Origin: Camelus dromedarius
Taxonomy: Eukaryota
DNA: 64,000 bases
NCBI RefSeq assembly: GCF_036321535.1
Contig: NC_087447.1
Span: 52,206,001-52,270,000, forward strand
Direction of reading: 5' to 3'
The notes below the pieces were generated by a model. The model saw only the letters and a list, made by a program, of their open reading frames with translations. It searched no databases and was not told the DNA's origin. Below are positions 1-14,069 of this stretch, in pieces; the first letter of the stretch is position 1, and the number at the start of each line of letters is the position of its first letter. The position numbers and the translations under genes are program-made.

Positions 1-1535
1 AAAGAGCTAGAAGGAATTACATATATGGAGGCCCAAAGGTGAGAGAACACATTGAACCTTTGAGTGGCTAAACTCAAGTGCTGAGCTCAGAAGGTGAGGG
101 GACCAGCACAAGAGGAGGCTGCCGGGGCTGGGAGGAGCAGACAGCTGGGACTCCTGGGCCCGGCTGAGGAGTTCGCATTTCACCTTCCGAGTAATGGGAG
201 CTAGTGAAAGGCGCTAAGCAGGGGGTGACTCCATCTGACTTGCAGGGCTGAAAGAACGCCTGCTGTATCAAGGAGAGAGGACTAAAGGGGCCCAAAGTGG
301 AAGCTGGAGGTGCCACGGAGGGGGCGTTGCTGAGGTTACATATGGGGAAAACAATGGTTCCTGAGACTAGTGAGGTACAGTAGAGACTGAGAGAAGTGGA
401 TGGTTCAGAGAGACACTGAAGAGGTAAAAACGGTGAGACCTGGCAACCGCCTGGCTTTGGGGGTGAGGGAGAGGCCGTGTTGGAGAAGGCACCTCTCCCA
501 GGTGCGATGTAAATGTATGCAGACCTGGCCCTGTCTACAGTGAGAGGGGCTTTCTGAGCTTGCTGGATGGTCTCAGATCACTGACCAAGTTGCCATTAGC
601 AGGGAATTCTCTTCACCACATAGGTGGAATTCTTTAGGACTGAAAATTACATTACAGCTTCCAGCATCCCAAAGTGCAAAAAAAAAAAAAAATTTTCATC
701 AGATCACAAATTTTTGGTCTCATTATCCCAAAGTGCTTTTACAGGCACACAACAGAATAGCTTAAAATAGATAACAAACTCAGGGATTAGAGGATACTGC
801 CCAAAGTGGGGGACAGGGAAAGCTCAGGGTTCCAGTCTGCTTTGTAGGCAGAGAACAGTCTAAGCACGGGTATTCCTCTGTGGGGTTGAATTCTTTCTCT
901 CTGGCTTATCAGCTCTGTGACTTTGGGCAAATTTCCCCACCACCCTGGGGACACAGATTCTGCTCTGGTTATCTCTGTTGTATCTCCAGCACTTGGTATA
1001 GGTGTTTAAAACGTAACTGGTAAATAAATCAATGAATGAGAATTGAATGAATTAGTTAATAAATGAATCAAGGGGACAAAACCAAATGACAGCCTATAAA
1101 AGGCAGGAAACCATTATCTTGATTCAATTAAATAATGCGGGATGGTGGGAGGATCCTGAGGCTCAGAGACTCAAGTTCAAGTCCCAGAACTGCCCTAAGA
1201 ATGACTCTGCACGAGTTCCTGTACTTAACCTCTTTGAGCCCCCATCTCCCCATCACTGACACACCTCCTTCACATCTGTCTCCAGGGGTTTACAACATAG
1301 ACACTGCCCACTAGAACACTGCATATGCATTGGTTGGACTGGTGCCCCACCCACACAGGCAGCATCCCTAAGCCTCCTTACTAGCCTTGGTGTCCTGTGG
1401 CCCCAGGCGAGCTACTTGGCCTCCCCGAAACCCAGTTTTCTTTCCTTAATAAGTTAAGGACAAAAATTTCTTGTCTTTCTCTCCCAACTTCTGCCTGGTA
1501 TCCAAGACCTTACATGGTATATGCCCTCTGTGAGG

Positions 1536-1585
1536 ACAGCGGGCTGACGTGACAGAGGGGCTGAAGGCAGCAGTCGGGGTCCATG
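1536..1585 (-). pseudogene. Isolated 50-bp copy of an internal part of the next TENM4 exon (MDPDCCLQPLCHVSPL)
   Basis: Translation of 1584->1537 matches the recalled TENM4 DGLVDC-MDPDCCLQPLCHINPL-CLGS at 14/16 residues, but the flanking exon sequence and the acceptor are absent. Confidence 0.8.
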
Positions 1586-1589
1586 GTGG

Positions 1590-1700
1590 TAAACAGTATG
1601 GGCTCCTGAGCCAGACTGAGGTCAAATTCTTGCTCTGAAACCTGCTACTGTGTGACCTTGGGCAGGTTGCTTAACAAATCTGGCCCCAGTTTCCCACACC
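1590..1700 (+). mobile_element. MIR SINE fragment abutting the orphan exon fragment
   Basis: gagccagactgaggtcaaattcttgctctg...tgtgtgaccttgggcaggttgcttaac...cagtttccc. Confidence 0.75.
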
Positions 1701-2464
1701 TCTTACAAGTAGATCATAAAAGTCAGTGTCACATAAGTATTTTTTACATAAATGAAAAACATAATACACGTCCCCAAATCTAGCAGAGTACCTGACACAT
1801 AGTAAGTACTTAGTAAGAGGCAGTTCCTCTTCCTGACCCTGAACCTGGAACATGGCCTGCCAAAGTGAGCACCAAAGTGGGAGTCCTTCGTCTGCTCCCA
1901 GCCAGTCATCCCGAGATGTGGAGGAAAGGCCTCCCCTCACTCCAGCTCCGTCCCGGGTCCTAACCATGGCTCCCGCCCCGGCTCCCAGAGACACCAGCTC
2001 ACTGCCTAGCAAAGCACCTGTCTTCGCCGGCAGTCGGCGGGCTCCACCGCACATTCTCGTGCTGCCCCGTCAGACATTGCTTAAACACATAATTACAGCC
2101 CGAGCTGAGGGTTATTTGCATTTTGCTATTGATGTTAGCGTGACAGATTCAGCTGCCGCATCCATAACTCCACAGAAATGCTCCATTATTCAATCCCAGC
2201 GAGCAGGGACGCTGACCATTAAATCAGCTAGCACAATTGAAGGGCCATGAAAAGTCATGGCTAATTTGAAATTTTATTAGCTCTTGCCTGCTCTTGTTTA
2301 CCACCAAAGCAGGCCCTGGAAACCAGACTTTTTACCTCTTTATAAACACTCTGCTCTGTGGCACCATGGAAGAACTGCTTCTTGTTCTCTGATCCTGGGG
2401 AAGGTTTGCTAGGAATGATGGTTATTGTTATTAATTTTTGTATTAAATGATGATGATAATGATG

Positions 2465-2710
2465 CTGACAGCTGCCACTTACTGAGGGCCAGGCATTGTG
2501 CTAAACGCTCTACAAGGAATGTTTTCAAGGCATGTATCATTGAATCTCCCCAGCTCTATGAAGTAGCCACTGTTGTCCCCATCACCCCCATGTTACAGAG
2601 AAGGAACCAGTGGTTCAAAGTGGTAAAGGAATTTGGTCAAGGTCACACAGTCAGTCAGCAAGGAAGCTGACTTGGAATTTGAACTCAGTTCTTTCAGGTT
2701 CTCTGATCCT
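2465..2710 (-). mobile_element. MIR SINE
   Basis: Reverse MIR core: cccatgttacagagaaggaa...ggtcaaggtcacacag...ggaatttgaactcag. Confidence 0.75.
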
Positions 2711-5700
2711 GAAGAGACTTTTAGAAACCATTTTTAAAATGGAAAACATGAATTTATGAGTCTTGCTAAATGTTACCCTTCTGTGCTCTTCCAGTGCCCT
2801 GGGCGGTCTCCAACACGGCGCCCATCCTCTATACTGTAACTTCGACTTTCTCTGTCTCCCTCGCCACACAATGAGTTCCTGGGGGTCATTTCAGGATCCC
2901 TGTCTCCTGTGAGCTTTCAGCTTCATCCTTGCCTTTGGAATCTGGGGCTCCCCGTAACCCTTATTTCCTTCATTAAAAAAATTCAGCAATGAATTTTAAA
3001 AACAAATTGTTGTTCCTTGTATTCAGAGGGCCTTTGTGATGATCCAGTTGGCCATTCTGCTAGAAATGAAAGTCTCAGCAAAGGCTCTGAGCTTCAGTCC
3101 ACCCATCTGTAACATGCACAACCAGACCTACCCAGAGAGACGCTGGGAGGATTAGGTGAGAGCATGGGTGTGGAGCACTCAGCACGATGACCAGCACCTA
3201 AGTAAGTGCTTGACAGATACTGGTTACTATTAGCTTCTGGCCAGGTGCTCCCCTTGAACAGGGATCCTGGTAACAGAGCTACCCTGGTCCCCTCCCTCTA
3301 CACGTGTTTCAGGGCAGCCCTTTCTGGATGCAGCCTGTCTGGCTTTGGAGAACTAAATGACATAAATGTGGCCATAGTGAGTTAAGGAAGCAAAGACCTC
3401 AGGGGACTTGAAGATTGGTTCTCTGAAACGGGGACATCACACCCACAGTGCTCTTACGAGAGACTCTGGGACTGTGGAATTACTGTATCGGTCACAGGTA
3501 AGTGGGATCCAGCCAGGCCCAAAATGCTGCCTGCCTCCACCTCCCTACCTGATGCTCCCAGGTCATTCACTAGGCAAATATTTGCTGACTCGTAAACGCA
3601 GGCTAAATAAAGGCCATCCACCAATAAAGGCCATCATGTTTAAATGAGATACATATTTTAAAAATGAGTAAGGCCCACAAAATTCTAATCAAAGTCTCAG
3701 TTTCTGAGACCAGCTTCTGTGCAAACACCTGTGTTTTCAGACGCAGCATACAGCGGCCTGCAGTAGGGCTCCACAGTCAGTCACATGGTGTCAGTCCCTT
3801 AGCCACAGATGACAAGTTTTAGAACAGTCATATTAAGAGGAAAAAGTTTGTTTTGGGGACAGAAAAGTAAATGTTGGGGTCAAGATACGGTTTTGGGGAG
3901 TGTCTGGTTTTGGTGAGTTTGGAGACAGTATTTTTTCCAAGCACTTCTGACCTCACTTAATTGCATGTCACACGCACGCTGGTTGACTTATAAAACATCC
4001 ATGTGTCCTACATTTACTGTTACCGTTGAGAGACCCTTGGTGTCACAGCAGCAAAAACAAAAACAAAAACCTACGGGGAAAACAGAGAAAATTTTCCTCT
4101 ATTTCCTTCAAGCTTTCAGTAACCCGCCCTGAACCCTAAATCCCAACTTTTGGCAAGTAACATTTCCCCCAACCAGAAATTTCCTTTTTCCTCACAGTTC
4201 TGAAGGCCTCCTCTCTCTCCTGACCTGGTGAGAGTGAAGGGGGCGGAAGAAAGTGGCAGATGAGGCCATGGGGCTCCCGGAGGCTGGGAGGGGCAGCGAC
4301 GCCACACCCAGCAGCTGTCTCTGGTGGGAGTGGGGGGCAAAGGGAAGGGAGAAGGTAACGGCCAGAAAAAGGATAGAATGGAGATCAAAAAGAAAGATGA
4401 ATAAAAAGGAAGGAAGGGCATGAGAAAGGGGAAAAAAGGGAAATAGGGGCCAGGTCTCTGGAGTACTAGATGAATATTCCAGGGCAGTCCTCATGCCCAT
4501 GGTCCTCGGTGCTGAAACACTGCATGGTGCACAGAGCACTGGCTTCCGCTGACAGTTCCATGTACGCACTGCCCACTTGGGGATGAAGGTGATGCCATTC
4601 CCTCTTGCAACCCTCCTTCGCACCCACCTGCTGGTGAGTGTCAACGGACCATGGAGAGGGAGGGGTGTGTGCAGGAAAAAAAATCCAGGCTAGAAGCCTG
4701 AAGACCTGGTTCCTGCACTGAGTCTATCACTCTCTAGCCATGAGACCCTGGGCACATCCCTTCCCATGTCCTGGATGCAATTTATTCCTGTAAAACCATA
4801 ATAAATTATGCCAACCTCTTAGGACTGTGAGAAGGTTCCTGGGCTGTGAGGAATAAGTAAGTAATTCAATGAAAGAAGTCTTGGTGTCCTTCCCACGCCA
4901 GCAGCTGTTCCCAGAGACCCCCCTACAGACAGGTGCTAGGCACAGGACTGGGTGAAGTCCTCTGCCATCAGTCGTGGTCCTGGCCAGCGGTAGCTTCCTT
5001 TTCGTGTGGTAATCTTAACAGCCGTCAGAGAGTGATGGGATCTGGGGTGACCGCCTCCCTCTCTGCTATCAGTGTCCTCGTCATCAATTAGGTGGGGGTG
5101 GATGGGGCAGCCTCTGGGGCTAACCTGCCTGATAGCCACGTCCTGGCCTTTCTATGCCCCTATGCCCCGTCCCATCTCCCCTGGGGGCCAGCCAGCTGGA
5201 ACTTTCACAGAAAGTGACAGGAGTGTACAAGAGTTCTAAGGAAGGTGGCAATGCAGCTGGCCCTCTCAGTCTTCACAAATGAGGACATTGGGGCCAGGTT
5301 AGGTGATTTACCCAAAGTCATACTGCCAGTGAAGTGGCAGAGTTCGGGCTCTGGTCCCTTATCTTTCTCCAAGTCCAGCTGTCAGGCACTAGACCACAGT
5401 CTACATTTCTTTCTCCATCAATGCTTTGGACGTCCTGGCTCTCACATCCCTGACTTCCTTCACAGAGGGCAGGAACTGAGTCCATTATTTCTTATTCCAC
5501 ATGCATAGCCTAGTGCCCTGTGCACAGTGAGCATCGTATTTGTTGAATGAATGAAAAAATGAATGACTGATTATGTGAGGATCCCATGTCAAACTTCCCA
5601 TCCATTGCCCAGGGCCTATCAAGGGCTCTGGGGTGTGATGAAACCTTTCCCCACAGAAAGAGCTCATTCCTCTCCTCAGAAAGGAGGTGCAGGGGACGGG

Positions 5701-8700
5701 CCTGCCCTTTTCTTTCCGCACCCATCACGTGGCTGATGGGCCCTGTGCGAGGCACTGGACAGACAGGAAGAAAACAGAGTAACACCTCCAAAGGATTCGG
5801 TGTGGCGGGTCAGACAGAGACAACAGTTTGCTGGGAAAGAAGGAAGCAGTGGCGGCTGGGGAAGCCCAAAGGTGGGAACCTAACAGGCTGGGGGCCGGAG
5901 CATTTCCTGGAAGAGGTAATGCTTAAACTGAGATCAGAAGGAAGGACAAGCATCAGCCAAAAGGAGAGCAGAGCTGGGAAACCCGTGGACTAGTAAACTC
6001 TCTTTACTGGAGTTGTCAGCACGGTTCCTTAAACTGATGGCCCTGTGGGCAGTGTATAACAAGTCCATCCAGCTCTCTGCAGGCTCGACAGCCCACCAGC
6101 GGGCCTCACCTCGCAGTCGTGCAGTTTGGCCACAGAACTGTTTGACAGCAGACTGAGAGCAGCATCTGGGGCTGCCCTGGGGGTGGAGGGTGGAATGTGG
6201 CTCCCTGTCTGTACGCATCTGGGAGAAGTTTTTGTCATTTGCTACGATACATTCTGTGCCTTCTTTGAAAAGGTTTGCAAAATCTTTATCTGCTCCTTAG
6301 AACACAGGATTTTTAAAGGTCAATCTCTCTCCTGTCTCTTATCACAAGAAACGTGGTTTAGAGAGAGTCTGAACGGCGAACATATTCTATGGCTTTGACG
6401 TGAACTCTCCATTCCAACAATGGGAGATGGGCAGAAAAGGGAGGACGGAGAGCTTTGCTCTTAGTTTCCCTTAAATTTCTCCGTCCACGCTGCATCTATC
6501 AATTATCTGTATTGCAATCCATGAGGGTTCTTCATGGGACTGACAGTGTCTAAAGAGATGAACACACCTTGAAGTTGCTTAAAGGTCCTTTATCAAAAGG
6601 AGTCTGGTTGCTTAAATTCCAGTGGATTTTTGATTTTGGCTTCCTTTTTTAAGGGGCAGGTTCCATTCTCATCCTAGCTTTCCCACTGACCCACTGTGTG
6701 ACTTCGGGAATATCACTTCAGCTCAGTGAGCCCTGGTTTCCCTGCATGTACATCTCTGCCCTGCAAGTATGTTTAAAGGGCTGGAGATTGTGGACACAGA
6801 GGGTCCAGCAGAGGGCCTGGCACTTAGAGATGCTATCTGAATGAGGGCTATTGTTTTCCTTTATGGGCATTTGAATTTTTTTCTTCTAGCAGTGAGGTTG
6901 TAACAGTTTGGATTACAAATTTTAACTAAGAGATGAAAAAAGCCAAAATATATTATTATATAGCGAAATACAGTATAGTCACAGAAGAAAGAGAACTGAC
7001 ATTTGCAGGTAATGAACTGAGGCTTAGAGAAACTGAATCACTCACTCAAGATAACAACCGTAAGTGAACACAGAAACCAACATAAAGCTAGACCCAACTT
7101 AGCCATACTGTGACTTTTTTTTTTGTCTAAAACATGGCAATAGCATTCTTAACGAAGCTTGAAATTAAAGTTTAATTTGTCAAGGATTGCTTTAAGCCTA
7201 GCAAACTGGGAAAGAAGAGAAACCAGAAGTTCTCAGATAACTTGAAGAGGCACGGTTGAGTTTATGATGGAGCTGTGAGCCTGAGGTCTGGGCACACTGA
7301 AAAGCTCTCACATGGCTGGACCTCACGGACTATGCAGTTTCTGCCACCTGCCAGCTGTGTGACCCGGGCAAAATATTTCTGCTCACTAAGCCCTAGCTAG
7401 CTTCCTCATCAGGAGGAGATAGTCAGGGGATAAGAATACCACATACCTCCCAGTGTTCTTGGGTGGTCATGCAACTGCTTTCCAAACTGTAAAGTGACAT
7501 ACGAGTTACCACTGCCATCCTCTGGTCTGCTCTGTGGTACTGCTGTAGTCTACTTAAATTCGAGTAAGTACTCCCACCACATTTCTAGGAGGAGGGTAAA
7601 TCATTGGGAGAAGGTGGCCCATAAGATCACACAGAATGGCTCAAGAGTCTTGAGTCCTACTCCAGCCATGTTAACAACCTTCTGTGTGACTTTGATATGT
7701 CCACTCTCTGGCCTCCAGATTCCCTGTCTGTAATGGGTACGGAGCTGAAGTGTGTTCTCTGTCTCTTCCTGTCCTGTGACTTGACATTAGCCTCCGCTAA
7801 TTCCTTCTCCAAGTCCCCGAGTCACATCAGCCAAAAACACTCACTCGGTGAGACGCTAACGTTTTCTCCCTCCACCCTGACTTATGTACTTGGGATGATG
7901 CTGTGGCCCACATCATGGCTGAAATAAAGACACTTATTTCATTCTGCCTCCATTAGATTTAGTTGTTTGGATAACAATTTCTTCCAAATGACTGGAGGCT
8001 TCCTGAGGGAGAAAGATTGGGACACGTTCATTGGTCTTTATCTCCTCTCTAAAAGGAAAGTGGTGCCTGGCAGACATCAGGAGCCCAAGAAATGTGTGCC
8101 CGACAGGACTGAAGATAGCCAAGTGCTAAATCTGGCTCACACTTGTGTTGCCTTGTACAGCCTTCTGTTTCTCCCTCCACTAAAACTGTCCCCTTTTGGC
8201 CAAGACCTAGAGTGATAGAGGGGCCAGTGAGGACAGCCTTGCCCCGCCAGCACCTGGGGACAGTCTACCCCCTACCATTGTTTCATCTGTGCCACTTTGC
8301 AAAGTGGGCACCCCCTGCCCCTTTCCTTGGGCTCCCCCAAAACTGAGATGATCCTGAAGTAAGATATTCTTGCATTTCACAGTTGAGAACCCAAGGCCAA
8401 GCTCCCTCAACAGTCTGGTCTCCCCAGCTAGCTGTCTTCCCAACCATGATGACCCATGGGATGTCGTCCTGGCTGGACTGGAAGCCCCATGGGACAGGGA
8501 CCACTTCACAGTCCCCATAGGGTACCCACGTACTTGATAGTATCATCTGATATTATGAGTGGATACTCCTTGATCACAGCAACTACCCTACTGCATTGCA
8601 GCTGTGTGCTGTTTCTCTCTCCCTCCAGACTGTGACGGGCAGGGACTGGGTCTTATTTGTCTCTGAAGCCCCAGGACCCAGGACCCAATGCAGAGTAGAC

Positions 8701-11122
8701 ATTCAGGTAATGTTTGTTGAGTGAGTGAATGAACTCAGGTTACAGTACTATTGTATGGCTTTGCTGAAAAGTGTGTAAAGGCTCGTTCTAGTCTGTAACA
8801 TGCTTCATAAAGGGAGGAGGTATATTCTCCTACATTTGGGGATTTTCCGATTGTTCTTTTCCAGTTCCTGCTGGTTCATCTCCATAGCAGCTGGAGGAGG
8901 CTCCATTCCCCTGGAGTCTGGATCAGCCCCGTTTCCTATGATGAGAAGCTCCTTCTCCCACCAAATCTGTGGGCCTTTGGGCTCCTGTGTGCCCACGCCG
9001 CATGTCAACACTGGGGAGGGCTGGCTCCGAAGGATGGTGAACAGGGGCTACGCTGGCATTGCGTTTTGTACGAGGGAATAAATGAACCTTGTTTTATAAC
9101 CTGTTCTGTGATGCGTGTTACGGGGAGAGGCACCCTCTCCCCACATTTCTCAAGGACACTCAGTTCTTTTGCTGCCTGGACATTCAACAGCTGTTTGAAA
9201 GCTTGGGCCAAGACCCTAGATTCTTGAGAAGGGAAAGGCTTCATGGCACGGCTCCTCTCCCCTTCTAATTACCCAAATGTCATTGCTCGTCATGGAACTA
9301 AGCCTGCACAGGCAGAGTGAAGGGGGTGCTGAGGCAGTCAGGCAGGTGGCCTGGGCTGCCGCCTCTTTCCCATGAAGAGCAAGTATGACTGAGTTTCATC
9401 TTCCCTGAAGACAGGGATACTCGCGCCTCCCCTGCTTCACTCGGGACACTTTCTCTGAAGCGAAAGCCCTTTCCTTTCCAAGAAACACCTGCCTCCTCAA
9501 GCACCACCTTCTGGATGAACGTTCTCCTACTCCCACACAACCAGTACAGAACTCTGCGACAGCCCCTGCCACCGCATTAGCACTTATCTTTGGTCTCCCT
9601 CCCTCATTCAAGTTCCTGGAGTGTGGGGACAGGACCTATTTGTCTCTGTGCCTGGCCGAGGGCCCGACCCCATAACAGGAACTATGGATATTTTTGAAGC
9701 ACAAGAATTAATAATGAGCTCCAAAACTCTCAGACTGAATAAGGGACATTTCAGCCCTGTGAGATCTCAGGAGAGTATGGACCCGCTGTCTCTCCCTGGC
9801 CACCACGGCCCGACCCCACAAGCTCCTTGTTGATTATTACTTCATGGGGCCCAGGACTGGGTATAGCAGGCCTGACCATCTCCTGGATTCAGGCAGCAGG
9901 GAGAAGGAGTGAAAGCTGGCTCAGACGGAGACCGGCCACCTGAAACAGCCCAAGATTGCTGGAGCCAGCTCAAGGCACATGAACCAGAGGAATCACAACA
10001 GCATATACTTGGCCTTTTAATCCTTATGGTGCTTTGAGACTGTAGAATCATGCTAAGTAAAAGATCCCCAAACGTTGGGATGCTGAGTTTCTGGCCTGTT
10101 GATTTCCTACTCTGTGCAGTGTACTACAAAGCCCCTTAGTATAAATATGAGGGAGCTACATAAACACACTGAGACTAGACCAACTGTTAGGCCATCGCTA
10201 GAAAGAAAGGGTTAATTGTTTTGATTTGTTTTTCCATTTCTCTATTTCTTTACTCTCCTATCAACCCCTCGGGATTGGTAGAGTCAGGAAGAATCAACCC
10301 ATCTTCTAAGTGGGAAAGGAAAGCACATTGTGGTTGTATTTATCCAAGTTTTACACAACAGAAAGATGAAGGCTAATTCTAGGACTAATACAAGGGCTGA
10401 AATGGTCCTTATGAGCCAGTGGCCTCATTTTATAAATAAGGACTGTGAGGCCCATAGACAATCGAGTAGCTTGTGTAAGGACACAGAGCATGCCAAAGAC
10501 AGAATTGAGATTGGAACCTTGATCTCTTCACTCTCAGCTAATAAATGTTCCACAAGACTAGGCCTCCCTTCCTTAAGGTTTTGACTGCCTAGAACTTGAA
10601 AAAAATTCAACAGCAAAGATGAATTCTATTATAAACCCACAAGGATAAAAAGTGTGGGGGCAAAGGTGGCCTCCAGAGGGCTTGGTGAGTGTTACCTTCA
10701 GAATCAGAAGAGAAGGGAAACTGACCAAAGGTAACTCAAACCCCTCCCCTGGAGAAGCATCCTTTCTCCCGCTTTCTGTGATACCGAATTGGGTGGCCTC
10801 TTGTTCACTTCCAACAAAAGTGGTGGGGATCTTGTAACCTTGCCAGGCAACTCATCCTGTAATTGAGTTATTAGGAAATTCCTTCTTCCATATGTCTTCT
10901 CTATGTCAGATGGCAACTAGTTTTATTTACATCAGCTAATTTTAATTAATTCAAATGGAACAACTAGTGATATGCTCTCATATCTGAGACCACATGTGTA
11001 GTTTTATGCCTACCCTGCAGGCCTCCTTGATGAGACAGCTGGTGTGCTGGTGGCCCGTTAACTCGGTCACACCCACCCTCCACTCTGTGCCCCCCACCGT
11101 CCTGGAGATGCCAGAGCCCTAC

Positions 11123-11269
11123 CTCCATCGTTGTCTTTGCTGTCACCACAGGCGGTTTCCATGGACGTATCACAGCCAGCTCCTCTCCAGCCCAGCTGGC
11201 AGACACAGTGCCACCCGTTCAGGTCCAGGGTGCACCTGCCGTTGCCATTGCACAAGCCGGGGCAGCCCT
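11123..11269 (-). CDS. TENM4: Teneurin-4 coding exon, EGF-like repeat 8 and start of the Cys-rich region (147 nt): [13 protein letters not shown]...CGDSKDNDG
   Basis: Acceptor ttgccttgcag|AG, donor GGAG|gtaggg; 49 codons. Confidence 0.97.
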
Positions 11270-13665
11270 CTGCAAGGCAAAAGCACACGGATTCAAGGTC
11301 TGGTCACCCACGGCCAACTGGAGCCACACACACTCACACTCTACCTGCCAACTTACAAAGTGCTTTCACATCCATCAACACATCAATGCCTTCAGCACCA
11401 GGGGAGGCCTATCACTGGAACTGTCACTTTACCTCGGAGGTCACTGAGACTCAGAGGTGGAAGGCCTTGCTAAGGCTGCCCAGCCAGGAAGTGGCAGGGA
11501 TAGGTCTGAAACTCACACCTTCTGCGTCCCAAACGCCCTCTTTCAAAAGCAACCAGGACTCTAGAGCAGGAGTCAGCGGATACGGGCTTGTTTGAATCTA
11601 ACCAGTGTAGCTTTTTGGCTGATCTCTGCTCCTTGTTCACTCTTCTGTGCTTTTCCTGTTCCTGGTGGCTGTTCAGAACAAAGGGGTCATCTCTCTGTTT
11701 ACTCTACTTGTCCCCTCAGCACTTCTGGGTCTCGCCCTAAAGGGCTGTACTTTTTTTTAGGTCCTGTTATTTGGTCAATTGTATTGGACCTTAGGCTTTT
11801 CATTTCTTTCGTCCTGTTTTCTCCTCAGTGGCTGTCTTGGCTTTGAGGTAGAGTCCTTGAGTCTTTTTCTTCCTATCTTATCTCCAGCCAGCCATTCAGA
11901 AGAGTCCAGCTGACTGCCACGAGAGAGAAAAACTGGAGCTGTCTATGGTTACCAATGCGGGTTCGGGCAGCCTACCCTTCCCTAATCTTGTTTATCTGTA
12001 CATCTGTCTGCCTGTCTGCCACTTATTAAGCACCTTCTCTGGGCTAGCACTGGAGGTGCAGAGATGAATAAGACCTAGTTCTTATTCTTGAGGAACGTGT
12101 AGCCTATCAAAGGAGACAGATTTGTATAAGCAAAATATTTCACTACTAAGTGCCCTCAGGGAGATGTACAAAATATGGTGGGAGCCAAACACAGGAGTGG
12201 CCATCTGTCTGAGAGAGCTGAGGATGATTTAATCAAGGAGGGTCAGGCAGTGTTTAGATGCTGCCTTGGTTCTGCTTTGACTACATCATGAGGTGGGGAG
12301 TTATTATTATTCAAGTAGACTTGCCAGTTTTTGCTTATCATGTTTTCAAACTCCTCTCCAACTTCGTGGCTCAGAAATCTATCTCTAAGAATCTGTTTAA
12401 GTTACATGGTTGACTCCAGCCTCTATTTTGCCACTTGGTTTTCATTCAGGTTTGCATTTTAACTAAGCTGCCCACCCCTTTTTCAGAGGGGCTAGCTAAA
12501 ATCACCTTCCCTGGAGTGCCTTCTGTATCTTCTCCCTGCCTCTGCTCAGTCTCAGGGAAGCGTACGGATGTGAAAGCACTCTGCCAACTAGAAAACCTGG
12601 TTTATTATCATGAGCAGCAAACTGCTACAAATACGGCTATAAACTGAGTTTTCTATCATGAAATAACTAAAAGCAGACTCATTATTCTTAAATGGGACAA
12701 ATGTGAATGTGGCTGTCCGGTACAAGACCTAGGCCAAGGCAGGCACTTCCTAAATGGTTGAACAATTAGATTCTAAAACTGTAGTGTTTCAAGGACTTTT
12801 GAATAGTTGACTCTTATTACAAAATAATAATAAAAAAAGAACACGTTCATTTATATTTGAGATGTTCAGCACAGCCACCAATCAATCAGTCTGGCTACTG
12901 TGTTTTCCATTCCAAGAAGAAACATCTATTGAGTGTGTACACCAAGCCTAGGAGGGATTCTTGTAGAAGTTTTGACGCAGATGTAGCCTATGTGGTCTTT
13001 GCACAGAAGTCTACTGGGAAAGGTGGGGAGCTACCAGCATGGCCACCCCAAACGTGATTGAGAAAGCAGTTGTAAAAGCGCAGGGAGCAGTGCTGTGACA
13101 TGCAGGTGCCACCCTGGCATTCTGACTTAGATCAAGCCAGCCCTCTTGATCTAAACAATTACAGACTCCCTCTTTCTCCAGTTAGTCCCATTTAAAGTTT
13201 TGCCCATCCAGCTGGGACTTCTTTTCAATTAAGCCTTATATATATTTGAAATCAGTCTTGGAGGAAGAAGAATCCAAGGGTTAAGAATGGTCATAGGCGG
13301 TCTTTTCTTGCTCCAAGATGTAGCCTCTTGTATGATGCAAAGAACATCTCTTATCTAAGAGCACAAGCTTGGGGGCCATATCAAAGTCACTCAATGGCTG
13401 TATGACCCAGCCACCTTGTTTAATTTCTTTGCGCCTCAGTCTACTTACAAAATGGGAGGATTTGTTGTTGGAAGGACTAAATAAGATAACGTATGCATGA
13501 TGCTCAAAGCCTGACATACAGCTTGAACACAGTATCTGACTCTTCAACTTACCTTGACCTTCTCTCTAGTTTGATTAGATGGACTATAATTTCATAAGTT
13601 GTACCCATAACTTCAGGTAGGGGTCATAGAAAGACAAAATAGGAAACTGAGTCAGTTATCTAGAT

Positions 13666-13886
13666 CAGAGTCAGCAAGCTTTTTCTGTAAAGATCCAGGT
13701 AATAAATATTTTAGCCTTGTGAGTCACATGGTCTTTGTTGCAATTACCCAACTCCGCCATTATAGCTTGAAAGCAGCCACACAATTTATAAAGGAATGGG
13801 CATGGCTCTGTTCCAATAAAACCTTATTTACAAAAAACAGGGGATGAGCCAGATTTGGTCTGTGTGCTGCAGTTTTCCACAGCCTG
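13666..13886 (-). mobile_element. MER58A-like hAT-Charlie MITE (221 bp)
   Basis: CAG...CTG termini; internal ttccaataaaaccttatttacaaaaaacagg matches the recalled consensus; 8-bp TSD atctagat/gtttagat fits the hAT NTCTAGAN target preference. Confidence 0.85.
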
Positions 13887-14069
13887 GTTTAGATGCTTCG
13901 GGACAATGATATTTGCCATATACTGAGGGTCTACTATGGCTTGTCACTGTGCTAGACATTCTACATATATTATTTCCAAACTAAATAACTTTTTGTTATA
14001 TTTTTCAAATCCTGATTTTCTAGTGTATTGCCAATTTCACACCATTTGATCCTAAATTTTTCATAAAAA

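Noticed and set aside
1510..1584. MDPDCC... small ORF as a metallothionein
   Set aside because: It has only three Cys, lacks the CxC/CC pattern downstream, and matches the TENM4 Cys-rich exon far better.
13547..13650. Cryptic minus-strand exon ending in AAG|gtaagt
   Set aside because: The acceptor is weak (gaag), the length would be 58 nt, and nothing else supports it; isolated consensus donors are common.
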